From Clostridia bacterium (GTDB taxonomy: Bacteria > Bacillota > Clostridia > Christensenellales > CAG-138), in the NCBI GenBank assembly GCA_030533005.1, contig JAUNJX010000007.1, positions 1,166 through 65,165 on the forward strand: DNA of 64,000 nucleotides, read 5' to 3'. Below the pieces are notes generated by a model. The model was not told the origin of the DNA, did not search any database, and saw only the letters and a list, made by a program, of their open reading frames with translations. This document shows, piece by piece, positions 29,555-39,121 of the stretch. Within the stretch, counting starts at the first letter, position 1. Each line of letters starts with the position of its first letter. The position numbers and the translations under genes were made by a program.

Positions 29555-30580
29555 TCAGGCTTTTGTCGATACGCTGAACGCATATTGGGTCACTGTTTCA
29601 CACGTCTCTCCCGGCGCAAGCAGCACCGAGGGCAGCGCGGGCAGGTTCATGGCGTTGGGATATCCCTGCGTTTCAAGGCACAGGCCGCCGCGCGCCTCAT
29701 GCACGCGATCCTTCCCCTGCTTTGGCGGCAGGAAGTTTGCTATGTAAAGCTGTACGCAGGGCGCGTCGGTCAGCACGTCCATCACGACGCCGTTCTCCGC
29801 CGACAGCCTCGCCGCATGGCGCAGTCCGTCGCCGCGCAGGACGAAATTGCAGTCGTAGCCGCCGCCGATCTTGATCAACGCATGCGGCTTATCGATATCC
29901 CGCCCCACCTCTTTGGGCGTGCGGAAATCAAACGGCGTACCGTCTACGGGCAATAGCTCCCCGTGCGGGATGAGCATTTCATCCACCACCGAAACGGCGT
30001 CCGCGTCGATGGAAAGCGTATGTTGCAGCACCGTGCCCTTGCCCATAAGATTAAAATAGGTGTGATTGGTCATGTTGACGGGCGTTTTTTGATCCGTTTG
30101 GGCATGATACGCAAAGGTCAGCACGTTATCATCGGAAAAGGAGAGGCGCACGGTGGTCTTGAGCGTGCCCGGAAAGCCGTCCTCGCCGTCCGGCGACAGG
30201 CAGCTTGCCAGCAGCGCGCCGTCCGCTTCCGTCACATCCCAAATCCTCTCGTTGAAAATGCTGCCGCCATGCAGACAATTACAATTGTCGTTCACGGGAA
30301 CATGATAGGTCGTCCCATCGATGGTAAACTGCGCATTCTGGATGCGGTTGGCGACGCGCCCCACGGTAACACCCACAAAGGAACCGTCCATGGGCGTGGT
30401 AGGATCGGGATAGCCCAGCACCACATCCACGAGCGTACCCTTTCCATCCGGCACGCAAAGGCTGTAGAGCGTAAGGCCGTAATCCAAAAAGGTGGCCTTG
30501 CTTCCGTTCTTATTGGTCATGCAATAGGCTGTGATGCTTCTTCCGTCATTTGTCTTGCCGAATTGATAGGTGCTGATCAT
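29555..30580 (-). CDS. galM: Aldose 1-epimerase (galactose mutarotase)
   Basis: GRVANRI, LHGG, DGFPG, NMTNHTYFNL, CLETQ. Confidence 0.93.
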   Translation of the reverse strand: MISTYQFGKTNDGRSITAYCMTNKNGSKATFLDYGLTLYSLCVPDGKGTLVDVVLGYPDPTTPMDGSFVGVTVGRVANRIQNAQFTIDGTTYHVPVNDNCNCLHGGSIFNERIWDVTEADGALLASCLSPDGEDGFPGTLKTTVRLSFSDDNVLTFAYHAQTDQKTPVNMTNHTYFNLMGKGTVLQHTLSIDADAVSVVDEMLIPHGELLPVDGTPFDFRTPKEVGRDIDKPHALIKIGGGYDCNFVLRGDGLRHAARLSAENGVVMDVLTDAPCVQLYIANFLPPKQGKDRVHEARGGLCLETQGYPNAMNLPALPSVLLAPGETCETVTQYAFSVSTKA

Positions 30581-30650
30581 GTTTTTTTCTCCTAGTATGT
30601 GCAATGTAGATATTATACCGCAAAGCGCAGGATTATGCTATACTACAACC

Positions 30651-31481
30651 ATGTTTGATGCGATGAAAAACTTGGCCGCGGCTCACGGCTTTGCGCGATT
30701 CTACGCGCTGCCTCCCGTCGATCTTTCCCAATGGCGTGAAGATGCAACGAAGGCCTATGTGGGCGTGCAGCTTCCCTATGCCCTGCCCGCGCTGTTCCCT
30801 TGGGCGCGCAGCATACTGCTGCTCGTTTACGCCTACGCGCCTTACCCGCCCGATTGCCGCATCCCAGCTTACTACATTGCCTCCAACCACGCCTATCACG
30901 CGCATAAAGCGCTTGCAAAGCAGATCGCGGCGCTGGGCTGCCGCTGCGAGCCGATCGAACCGCCGCTTCGCGCGCTGTGCCTCGCCTCGGGCGTGGGCGT
31001 CCAGGGCAAAAACGGGCTATTGCGCATCGATCCATTCGGCTCTCGCATCGTGCTGTTTGCGCTGCTTACGGACGGCTGCGCGCCCGTGCCCGTGACCGAC
31101 GCGCCGTCCGTGCCCTGCCCGGAAAGCTGCACAGCCTGCATCAATGCCTGCCCTCCGCACGCCATCCATCCCCACGGCCTGCCCGTATCGCAGATCGTGC
31201 AGGAGGAGTGCATGCGCTATTATATGGACGACGCGCCCTATCCGCCCATCGTGTACAGGTTACAGCAAAAACATATGGGGTGCGAAATCTGCATGGACGC
31301 CTGCCCTTTTAACGCGTGCAACGCGCCGGTAAGTCCCGCCGCTGAAATCAGCGCGGCCTTTGCGCTTCCCCGCCTTGCTTCGGGGGACGATACGGAAGCC
31401 CGCAGGCTTGTTGGAAAGAATATGACGCGCCACGGCAAGCTGACGCTGGAAGCGCAAAATTTCCTTTCCCGCCAAGAATAA
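30651..31481 (+). CDS. QueG-like 4Fe-4S protein (epoxyqueuosine reductase family)
   Basis: GVGVQGKNGLL...FGS; CPESCTACINACP; GCEICMDACPFN. Confidence 0.7.
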   Translation: MFDAMKNLAAAHGFARFYALPPVDLSQWREDATKAYVGVQLPYALPALFPWARSILLLVYAYAPYPPDCRIPAYYIASNHAYHAHKALAKQIAALGCRCEPIEPPLRALCLASGVGVQGKNGLLRIDPFGSRIVLFALLTDGCAPVPVTDAPSVPCPESCTACINACPPHAIHPHGLPVSQIVQEECMRYYMDDAPYPPIVYRLQQKHMGCEICMDACPFNACNAPVSPAAEISAAFALPRLASGDDTEARRLVGKNMTRHGKLTLEAQNFLSRQE

Positions 31482-31484
31482 AGG

Positions 31485-31513
31485 TTGCAATCCCATCCCA
31501 TGCTATGTAAAAT
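31485..31513 (+). promoter_or_regulatory. Sigma-A promoter of SRP RNA
   Basis: TTGCAA, 17 nt, TAAAAT just upstream of the SRP RNA 5' end. Confidence 0.7.
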
Positions 31514-31530
31514 AGAGAACAGTCAGAAAG

Positions 31531-31803
31531 TTTGCCGCGCTAGGCGGGGAGTCAGCGGTGCCCTGTACCTGCAATCCGCTATAGCAGGGCTGAATTCCCG
31601 TGCCGAGGCAAACATCTGTGGGGCTGGTGCCGTCATGCGGTGCTGAGGGCCGGGTCCCGTGCAATCGACGTCTGTGAACCATGTCAGATCCTGACGGAAG
31701 CAGCATTAAGCGGAATCGTCGATGTGCCGCGGGTTTACCTGGCCGGAGCCGTACGCCGGCGTGCCGCCCATGGATGCTTTGTCCAAGCGCGGGTGCGCGG
31801 CAA
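31531..31803 (+). ncRNA. ffs: Large bacterial signal recognition particle RNA (scRNA, with Alu domain)
   Basis: 5' TTTGCCGCGCTAGGCGGGGAGTCAGCGGTGCCCTGTACCTGCAATCCGCT closely resembles Bacillus scRNA; helix-8 GTCAGATCCTGACGGAAGCAGC; 5' TTGCCGCGC pairs with 3' GCGCGGCAA. Confidence 0.93.
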
Positions 31804-31810
31804 TTTATTT

Positions 31811-31977
31811 TCGGCCAAGATCAAATGATCTTGGCCGATGTTTTTCCTCATTTTGACTATGCCCTGTGGGCATGGCCGTCAAAACGAGAAAGGGGGCGGC
31901 CACATGGGCCTATCCGTTCCATCGGCAAAGCCGATGGAGCCGGAATATAGTCAAGGGGACTGCCCCTTGACAATCCC
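31811..31977 (+). repeat. Five-hairpin non-coding element, diverged copy C
   Basis: Same hairpin order and similar length as copies A and B; shares the terminal AGTCAAGGGG-loop-CCCCTTGACAATCCC and a first hairpin core AAGATC/GATCTT. Confidence 0.65.
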
Positions 31978-32002
31978 CTTGCAATAAAAGGTTTATACAA
32001 AT

Positions 32003-33190
32003 TTATTTTTGTAACTCGCGGATGGCGTCGCCCAATATCTTCATGCCCGCGTCGATCTGCGCTTCGGTGCTGTTGGAATAGTTCAGGCGCATGGTGCGCA
32101 CGCCGCGATCCTTCTCGTAGAAGGGGTCGCCCGCCACCACCAGCAGACCCTTCTTGATGGCGACATTGCCCACGTCCACTGCCTTGACGCCTTCGGGCAT
32201 GGTAGCCCAGATGAACATGCCGCCCTCGGGCTTGGTGTAGGTAGTTCCCTCGGGGAGATATTTATCCATCGCGGCCATCATCACATCCGCCTGATGCTGA
32301 TAGAGCTTCTTGATCTTCTCCATATGCTCGTCCAGATCGTTATCCGCCAAATACTGCGCCAGCACCATCTGGCAGAAGATATTGGTGTGCAGATCCATCA
32401 CCTGCTTATAGGCCATGAGCTTGTCGCGCAGCGCCTTGTTCTTGCAGCACACCCAGCCGATACGCATGCCGGGGGACACGGTCTTGGAGAAGGTGCCCAT
32501 CATGCAGCACTGTTCGCCCAGATAATGCGCGAACGAATAGCCGCCCTCGCCGCGGAAGCGGAGCTCGCCATAGGGGTTGTCCTCGATCATGAGGGTGTTG
32601 CTCTTTTTCATCAATTCCGCCGCCCTTTCGCGGGTCGCCACGGAATAGGTAAGACCCGTGGGGTTTTGGAAATTGGGGATGGCGTAGAAGAAGACCGGCT
32701 TGACGTTTTGCAGGATATCCGCAAGCTCGTCGCAGTTGCAGCCCGCTTCGGTCAGCTCTACGGTGTGCACGGTGGGATCGTACAGATGGAAGGTCTGCAG
32801 CGCGGCCAAATAGCTCGGGCGCTCCAAAAGAATGGGATCGCCGGGGTTGAGCATGACGGCAGCGAACATATCCAGCGCCTGCTGCGAGCCGTTGGTAATA
32901 ATGATCTCATCCGCCGTGGCCTCTACGCCAATGCGCGCGTAGCGCTTGGCAATGTACTCGCGCAGCGGCGCATAGCCCGCCGTGGTGCTGTACTGCAAGG
33001 CCTGCACGCCGTTCTTTTCCAAAACCTTCGCAACCGCATCCTCCATTTCATGTATGGGGAAGGATATGGGGTTTGGCAGCCCACCGCCAAAGGAAATGAG
33101 GTCGGGCGACGCTGCGGCTTTGAGTATCGCGTCAACGAACTCGCCTTGGAAATCCGGCTTGGTCATGCGATCTGAGATCTGAAATTGCAT
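32003..33190 (-). CDS. PLP-dependent class I aminotransferase (LysN/ARO8-like)
   Basis: ISFGGGLP, TNGSQQAL, PNFQNPTG, EDNPYGEL, TFSKTVSPGMRIGW. Confidence 0.92.
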   Translation of the reverse strand: MQFQISDRMTKPDFQGEFVDAILKAAASPDLISFGGGLPNPISFPIHEMEDAVAKVLEKNGVQALQYSTTAGYAPLREYIAKRYARIGVEATADEIIITNGSQQALDMFAAVMLNPGDPILLERPSYLAALQTFHLYDPTVHTVELTEAGCNCDELADILQNVKPVFFYAIPNFQNPTGLTYSVATRERAAELMKKSNTLMIEDNPYGELRFRGEGGYSFAHYLGEQCCMMGTFSKTVSPGMRIGWVCCKNKALRDKLMAYKQVMDLHTNIFCQMVLAQYLADNDLDEHMEKIKKLYQHQADVMMAAMDKYLPEGTTYTKPEGGMFIWATMPEGVKAVDVGNVAIKKGLLVVAGDPFYEKDRGVRTMRLNYSNSTEAQIDAGMKILGDAIRELQK

Positions 33191-33303
33191 CTGTGTGTCC
33201 TCCCTGCGAAATTTTTAAACTTAACAGGAATTGTATCACTTTATAGGAGGAAACACAAGAATGGGTTTCGCCCATAATAGAAATTTTATATAACGTATAT
33301 CAC

Positions 33304-33334
33304 AAAAATGTCCCCCGGCAAGGCCGGAGGACAT
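33304..33334 (-). terminator. Intrinsic terminator between the two aminotransferase genes
   Basis: Minus strand ATGTCCTCCGGC-CTT-GCCGGGGGACAT-TTTT. Confidence 0.7.
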
Positions 33335-33425
33335 GTGGTGCGCGATCCTGCCCCGCCCTCATGCTTTGGAGTGCAATACAAAGCATGGCGCTGAAAAGGA
33401 TACGGCAACGAAATAGCAGGTCAGC

Positions 33426-34607
33426 TTAGCAAAGCTCGTTAAGAACCTCGCCCAAGCGCTTCACGCCCTCGACGATCTTCTCGTCGGGCATGGCGGAATA
33501 GTTCATGCGGAAATGGTTGGCGTTGCCGCCGTTGGGATAGAAGGGCTCGCCCGCGACAAAAGCCACCTTCTTTTCCATGGCCTTTTTGAACACGTCGGTG
33601 GAATCCATGCCCTCGGGCAGCGTGACCCAGAGGAACAGACCGCCGTTGGGGTAGGTGTAGGAAACGTTCTTGGGGAAGTATTTCTTCATCGCGTCCACCA
33701 TCACGTCCCTTCTGCCTCGATACACCTCGATGATCTTCTTGATATGCTCGTTGATCTCATACATATCGAAGAATACGGCGCACTCGCGCTGGGCAATGGT
33801 GCTGCACTGAAGATCCGCGCCCTGCTTGATAAGGTTGAACTTGTTAAGTATGGCGGGGGCTGCATAGATCCAGCCGATACGCATGCCGGGGCAGAAGATC
33901 TTGGACATGGTGCCAAGATAGATCACGCGATCCTCGGTGTCAAAGCTCTTGATGGCGGGATGGATCTCACCCTCAAAGCGAAGCGAACCGTAGGGATTGT
34001 CCTCCACGACGCAAACATCGTACTTGTTGGCAAGCTCAACGAGCTTTTTCCGTCTTTCGATGGTCATGGTGCGGCCGGTGGGGTTCTGGAAATCGGGAAT
34101 GGTATAGATAAACTTGACGTTTTCGTTGGCACGAAGCGCCTCCTCCAGCTTATCCATGAGCATGCCTTCCTCGTCCATCTCCACCTCGACGAACTTGGGC
34201 TCATACGCCTTAAAGGCATTGAGCGCGCCAAGATAGCTGGGGCTTTCGGTGATGACCACATCGCCGGGATTGACGAAAAGCTTGGCGCAGAAGTCAAGCC
34301 CCTGCTGGGAGCCTGCGGTGATGAGAATGTCCGCGGGATCGGCCTTGAAGCCCTGCGGCTCCATCAGCTTGCAGATGTGCTCGCGCAGCGGCAGGAAGCC
34401 CTCGGTGGAGCTATATTGCAGCGCCTTGCGGCCGTCCTCCTCAAGCACCTTCTTGCTTACGATCTCCATGCCCTCCACGGGGAAAAGCTCGGGCGCGGGA
34501 AAACCGCCCGCGAAGGAGATAACGTCGGGCTTATCGGCAATTTTGAGAAGCTCGCGGATGGCGGAACCCTTAAGTCCATCCATTCTGGATGCAAATTGTA
34601 TGGCCAT
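33426..34607 (-). CDS. PLP-dependent class I aminotransferase (LysN/ARO8-like)
   Basis: SAIRELLK, ISFAGGFP, PDFQNPTG, TMSKIFCPGMRIGW; RBS AGGAGG before MAIQ. Confidence 0.92.
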   Translation of the reverse strand: MAIQFASRMDGLKGSAIRELLKIADKPDVISFAGGFPAPELFPVEGMEIVSKKVLEEDGRKALQYSSTEGFLPLREHICKLMEPQGFKADPADILITAGSQQGLDFCAKLFVNPGDVVITESPSYLGALNAFKAYEPKFVEVEMDEEGMLMDKLEEALRANENVKFIYTIPDFQNPTGRTMTIERRKKLVELANKYDVCVVEDNPYGSLRFEGEIHPAIKSFDTEDRVIYLGTMSKIFCPGMRIGWIYAAPAILNKFNLIKQGADLQCSTIAQRECAVFFDMYEINEHIKKIIEVYRGRRDVMVDAMKKYFPKNVSYTYPNGGLFLWVTLPEGMDSTDVFKKAMEKKVAFVAGEPFYPNGGNANHFRMNYSAMPDEKIVEGVKRLGEVLNELC

Positions 34608-34705
34608 GGCTGGTGATCCTCCTATATGATGATTATGATGTTGTCTTTTGTTGGCAAAAGATGATATTGACAAAATGATGGAAAGGATATGGGCTTGTAA
34701 CGCAT

Positions 34706-34741
34706 TTCCCGGGGAATGCCCCTGCGGGCATCCCCCGGGAA
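34706..34741 (-). terminator. GC-rich hairpin after the oxidoreductase gamma subunit
   Basis: TTCCCGGGGAATGCCC-CTGC-GGGCATCCCCCGGGAA. Confidence 0.6.
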
Positions 34742-34750
34742 GGTATCAGC

Positions 34751-35287
34751 TTATTTTACGAACGCTGCGCCGCGCTTGAGGGCCTCGATATTGAGATCCA
34801 CCAGCTTGGCCTTGGGGCCGGTGAACATATGCACCAGCATTTCCTTGATGGTATCGGTGGAAAGGTTCTTCATCGCCTCTATGTAGGCGCCCAGCATGAC
34901 CATGTTGGCCACCTTGGAATTGCCCAGCTCCTCTGCCGTCTTGATGCAGTCCACATAGATCGCGCGCACGTCCGTGCGGGTGACCTTTTCGGAAATGACG
35001 GAGCTGTTGACAAAGATGGTACCGCCCTTTTGCACCGTCGGCTCGAACTTGATGAGCGACGGCAGGTTCATGGCGATCAACTCGCTGGGTTCCAGCACGA
35101 TGGGGGAAACGATAGGCTCGTCGGAAACCACGACGCAGCAATTGGCCGTGCCGCCGCGCATTTCGGGACCATAGGAGGGCAGCCAGGATACTTCCTTGCC
35201 CTCTTTCATGCCGGCCTCCGTCAGCGTCTTGCCGATAGCCATAACGCCCTGTCCGCCAAAGCCGGAGATAATAATATCATTCGTCAT
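34751..35287 (-). CDS. 2-oxoacid:ferredoxin oxidoreductase gamma subunit
   Basis: [25 protein letters not shown]. Confidence 0.93.
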   Translation of the reverse strand: MTNDIIISGFGGQGVMAIGKTLTEAGMKEGKEVSWLPSYGPEMRGGTANCCVVVSDEPIVSPIVLEPSELIAMNLPSLIKFEPTVQKGGTIFVNSSVISEKVTRTDVRAIYVDCIKTAEELGNSKVANMVMLGAYIEAMKNLSTDTIKEMLVHMFTGPKAKLVDLNIEALKRGAAFVK

Positions 35288-35288
35288 G

Positions 35289-36038
35289 TTACTTCACCTC
35301 CGCAGTATCTTTGTATACGCCTAAGGGATAATAGGGGATCATGTTTTCCTTGAGCCATTCCACCGACTTGATGGGCGTTTTGCCCCAGTTGGTGGGACAG
35401 GCGGCAAGGATCTCCACAAAGGTGAAGCCCGCGTTCTTCTGCTGCAGCTCGAAAGCCTTTTTGATGGCCTTCTTGGCGTTGTTCAGGTTGGGGATATCCG
35501 TCACGCACACACGCTCCGCATACACGCAGCCGTCGATGGTGGAGAGAAGCTCGCACATCCTGATGGGGGAACCGTAATGCTCCTTGGAACGGCCAAGCGG
35601 GCAGGTGGTGGCCTTCTGACCCACGAGCGTCGTGGGCGCCATCTGGCCGCCGGTCATGCCGTAAATGGCGTTGTTGATGAAGATGGTGGTGAACTTTTCA
35701 CCGCGCATGGCGGCATGGACGATCTCCGCAGTGCCGATGGCGGCCAGGTCGCCGTCGCCCTGATAGGTGAACACCGTGGTACCCGGAGGGGACACGCGCT
35801 TGATGCCGGTCGCAACGGCGGGCGCGCGGCCATGGGCGGCCTCGTGCATGTCGCAGGAGAAGTAATCATACGCGAACACCGAGCAGCCGACCGGCGCTAC
35901 GCCGACGGTGGTGCCGATCACACCCAGCTCCTCTAGCGTTTCTGCCACCAGCTTGTGCGCGATGCCATGCGTGCAGCCCGGGCAGTAATGCAGTTCTTTA
36001 TCTGTTAAGCCCTTGGATTTCTGATATACAATAGCCAT
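35289..36038 (-). CDS. 2-oxoacid:ferredoxin oxidoreductase beta (TPP-binding) subunit, Vor-type
   Basis: HYCPGCTHG, HGRAPAVATG, QGDGDLAAIG, NNAIYGMTGGQ, CPTNW. Confidence 0.93.
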   Translation of the reverse strand: MAIVYQKSKGLTDKELHYCPGCTHGIAHKLVAETLEELGVIGTTVGVAPVGCSVFAYDYFSCDMHEAAHGRAPAVATGIKRVSPPGTTVFTYQGDGDLAAIGTAEIVHAAMRGEKFTTIFINNAIYGMTGGQMAPTTLVGQKATTCPLGRSKEHYGSPIRMCELLSTIDGCVYAERVCVTDIPNLNNAKKAIKKAFELQQKNAGFTFVEILAACPTNWGKTPIKSVEWLKENMIPYYPLGVYKDTAEVK

Positions 36039-36043
36039 TCTTC

Positions 36044-37105
36044 TTACCTCCCGATTGCCTTTTTGGCAGCGTCCGCGACCTCGCGCGGGGTCGGTACGAT
36101 ACCGCCTGCTCTGCCGATAAAGGAGATGGGCTTGCAGCCCTCCAGCGCGATCTTGACGTCGTCGATCATCTGACCCATGGAAAGCTCCACGTCCACGATA
36201 CCCTTGACGCTCTTGCGCTCGGCGGCGTTACGCAGCTGCGCATAGGGGAAGGGCCAAACGGTGACGGGGCGGAACAAACCGGCCTTGATGCCTTCATCGT
36301 TGAGCAGCTTCATGGCGGCCCGGCATACGCGGGACATGGTGCCATAGGCTACGAACAGGATCTCGCAGTCGTCGGTATCCACTTCTTCAAAGCGGACTTC
36401 CTTCTCCTCGATCAGCTTATACTTCTTATCCAGCTTTTCGTTGTGCTCCGCACAGGGCTCGGGCTGGATGTAGAGGGAGTTGATCACGTTATGCTCCCGC
36501 TTGTTCTGTGTGCCGGTGGTGGCCCAGGGCTTGGCGGGAAGCTCGCGCTTCTCGATATCGTGCCACTCAACGGCTTCCATCATCTGGCCGATCATGCCGT
36601 CTGCAAGCACCATAACGGGGTTGCGGTAAATATCCGCGATGTCGAAAGCCATGCGGACGAAGTCCGCCGCTTCCTGCACGTTGGCGGGCGCAAGCACGGG
36701 GGTACGATAGTCGCCGTTGCCGCCGCCGCGGGTCGCCTGGAAATAGTCGCCCTGCGCAGGCTGGATGGTGCCCAGACCCGGGCCGCCGCGCATGACGTTG
36801 ATGATGACGCAGGGAACCTCAGCGCCGCAAAGATAGGTGATGCCTTCCTGCTTCAGGCTGATTCCGGGAGAGGAGGAGGAGGTCATTACGCGCACGCCAC
36901 AGCCGCCCGCGCCATAGACCATGTTGATCGCCGCTACTTCGCTTTCAGCCTGCAGGAAGCAGCCGCCGATCTCGGGAAGATGCAAAGAGAGGTACTCCGG
37001 CACCTCCGTCTGCGGTGTGATCGGATAACCGAAGAAATACTTGCAGCCCGCGCGTATGGCGGCTTCTGCGATGGCTTCATTGCCTTTCCAAAGTTCTTTT
37101 TCCAT
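36044..37105 (-). CDS. vorB: 2-oxoacid:ferredoxin oxidoreductase alpha subunit (3-methyl-2-oxobutanoate dehydrogenase VorB-like)
   Basis: KGNEAIAEAA, GYPITPQ, QAESE, TSSSSPGISLK; start set at MEKELWK. Confidence 0.88.
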   Translation of the reverse strand: MEKELWKGNEAIAEAAIRAGCKYFFGYPITPQTEVPEYLSLHLPEIGGCFLQAESEVAAINMVYGAGGCGVRVMTSSSSPGISLKQEGITYLCGAEVPCVIINVMRGGPGLGTIQPAQGDYFQATRGGGNGDYRTPVLAPANVQEAADFVRMAFDIADIYRNPVMVLADGMIGQMMEAVEWHDIEKRELPAKPWATTGTQNKREHNVINSLYIQPEPCAEHNEKLDKKYKLIEEKEVRFEEVDTDDCEILFVAYGTMSRVCRAAMKLLNDEGIKAGLFRPVTVWPFPYAQLRNAAERKSVKGIVDVELSMGQMIDDVKIALEGCKPISFIGRAGGIVPTPREVADAAKKAIGR

Positions 37106-37119
37106 TTTTGTTCCCCTTC

Positions 37120-37332
37120 CTACAGTCTTTCCACCGTGATGATCGAATCCGGGCAGATCTTCGCGCAGCTCGCGCAGCCGATGCACTTGTCCATCTCCTT
37201 GACCGTCGCGGGATGATAGCCCTTGCGGTTCGTCACGTCCTGATCGATGGCGATGATCCCTTTGGGACAGACGCTGACGCATAGCTCGCAGCCTTTGCAT
37301 CTGTCTTGGCAAAACGTTACTTTTCCAGCCAT
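37120..37332 (-). CDS. 2x[4Fe-4S] ferredoxin (oxidoreductase delta subunit)
   Basis: CKGCELCVSVCP and CIGCASCAKICP; RBS GAGGAGG. Confidence 0.92.
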   Translation of the reverse strand: MAGKVTFCQDRCKGCELCVSVCPKGIIAIDQDVTNRKGYHPATVKEMDKCIGCASCAKICPDSIITVERL

Positions 37333-37357
37333 AATTACAAAGTTCCTCCTCTTTAAT

Positions 37358-38032
37358 TTACAAGCCGAATTCCCAAGGCTTGCACATGTATATATCGATG
37401 GGCAAAAGCTCTCCCTCACCCAACTGATACCGTACCTGATCCACGAATTTGCGCTCCACCGCATGATAGGCGACGGGTACGCCCGTTTCCTCCGAAACCG
37501 CCCGCGTAAGCGCCACGCCCTTCAGGATGTCCTCTACGCCGGTATCCCGGCACAGGTGTGTGTTGTTGACAAGACCCGTTACCTTAAGCCCGCTTGCCAC
37601 CTCGATGGCCTTAAGATACAGCGCGGCCTTTTCGGGGGTCTTGGTTTCCGGCCGGTTAGCGTTAAGGACGCAGAGCACATCGTAATCCCCGCGCGCAAGC
37701 TGACGCTCAAAGCGCCCCAGCACATGCGCCCCTTCGGGATCGCCGCCCATATCGATCACGCCCTTGTAGCTCGGATCGTCAAATATCGCCAGCACCTCCG
37801 GCGTGATCGCGGGAAGATCCACATAGCCCGAAAACGAAGTGGAGATCACCCGTACGCCATGCTCCTCCAGCAATGCCCGCCGCTCGGTGGAACGGAAATA
37901 GGGGTTAACGATGTCCAAGTCCGCCAGCGCGGTCTTGAGACCCGCCTTGGCATACTTGAGCGCCAGATTGACGGCGAATTCCGTCTTGCCGCTGCCGTAA
38001 TGCCCGGTGATGATCTGTATGCGTTTCTCCAT
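37358..38032 (-). CDS. Uncharacterised MinD/ParA-like P-loop ATP-binding protein
   Basis: GHYGSGKTEFAVN, ADLDIVNPYFRS, IDMGGD. Confidence 0.8.
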   Translation of the reverse strand: MEKRIQIITGHYGSGKTEFAVNLALKYAKAGLKTALADLDIVNPYFRSTERRALLEEHGVRVISTSFSGYVDLPAITPEVLAIFDDPSYKGVIDMGGDPEGAHVLGRFERQLARGDYDVLCVLNANRPETKTPEKAALYLKAIEVASGLKVTGLVNNTHLCRDTGVEDILKGVALTRAVSEETGVPVAYHAVERKFVDQVRYQLGEGELLPIDIYMCKPWEFGL

Positions 38033-39105
38033 CAGTATGTTTTGACCCCTTCCTCGCCGGTGAGCACGCGCAAGGCGCCAGCCGCAAGCGCACCCATCTC
38101 ATCCTCGCCGGGATAGACCTTCACGGGCGCAATAAACTGCACCTTTTCTTCAATCCAGCCCATGAGCATCTTGTCATAGGCAAAGCCGCCGGTAAGCAAA
38201 ATCGCGTCCACCTCGCCGCAGAGCACCGCGGACATCGCGCCGATCTCCTTGGCGATCTGATAGGCCATACCGCGATACACAAGCTCCGCTTCCTTATCGC
38301 CCGCCTTGATGCGCTCGCCCACCTCGATGCCGTTGTTGGTGCCAAGGTATGCGATCAGCCCGCAGCGGGATGTAAGGGTGCGCTTCATGGCGGCATAGTC
38401 GCCAAGCTCGCCGGAATCCATCACCCGCATGACCTCCAATACAGGGAGGCCGCCCGGACGCTCGGCGGAATACGGCCCTTCGCCGTCCAGCCCGTTGTTC
38501 ACGTCGATCACGCGCCCCTGCATGTGCGCGCCCACCGTCACGCCGCCGCCCATGTGGGCAACGATCAGATTAAGCTCGTTATAGGGCACGCCGACCTCCG
38601 CCGCGTAGCGCTTGGCGATCGCCTTTTGATTGAGCGCATGGAAGCAGGTGCGGCGCTTGAAGGAGGGATGGCCGGAAAGCCTTGCGACATCCTCCATCTC
38701 ATCCACCACAACGGGGTCTACGATGTAAGCGGGCACGCCGATCTCGGAGGCGATCTCGCTTGCGAGTATGCCGCCCAGATTGGAGGCGTGCGAGCCGTAT
38801 TTGCAGCTTGCAAGGTCGTCAAGCATCGCCTGATTCACGGCATAGGTGCCGCCCGGGATGGGGCGCATCAGGCCGCCGCGCCCGACCACCGCGTCAAAGC
38901 TCTTGATATCGACGTCGTTATCCTTCAAAAAGTTCAGGATGAGGGGCTTGCGGAACGCCGCATTGTCGGCCATGGTCTTGATAGCACCCATCTCCTCCTG
39001 CGTATGGCGAAGCACCTGCTCCATCTTCTGTTCGCCGCCCTCAAACACCGCAAGCTTGGTGGAGGTGGAGCCAAGGTTCAACGCGAGTATTCTATAATTC
39101 TTCAT
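38032..39105 (-). CDS. buk: Butyrate / branched-chain fatty-acid kinase
   Basis: NLGSTSTK, GRGG, HASNLG, VDPVVVDEM, HALNQKA, HMGGG, YPGEDEM. Confidence 0.95.
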   Translation of the reverse strand: MKNYRILALNLGSTSTKLAVFEGGEQKMEQVLRHTQEEMGAIKTMADNAAFRKPLILNFLKDNDVDIKSFDAVVGRGGLMRPIPGGTYAVNQAMLDDLASCKYGSHASNLGGILASEIASEIGVPAYIVDPVVVDEMEDVARLSGHPSFKRRTCFHALNQKAIAKRYAAEVGVPYNELNLIVAHMGGGVTVGAHMQGRVIDVNNGLDGEGPYSAERPGGLPVLEVMRVMDSGELGDYAAMKRTLTSRCGLIAYLGTNNGIEVGERIKAGDKEAELVYRGMAYQIAKEIGAMSAVLCGEVDAILLTGGFAYDKMLMGWIEEKVQFIAPVKVYPGEDEMGALAAGALRVLTGEEGVKTY

Positions 39106-39121
39106 GCGTGCTTTCCTTTCC

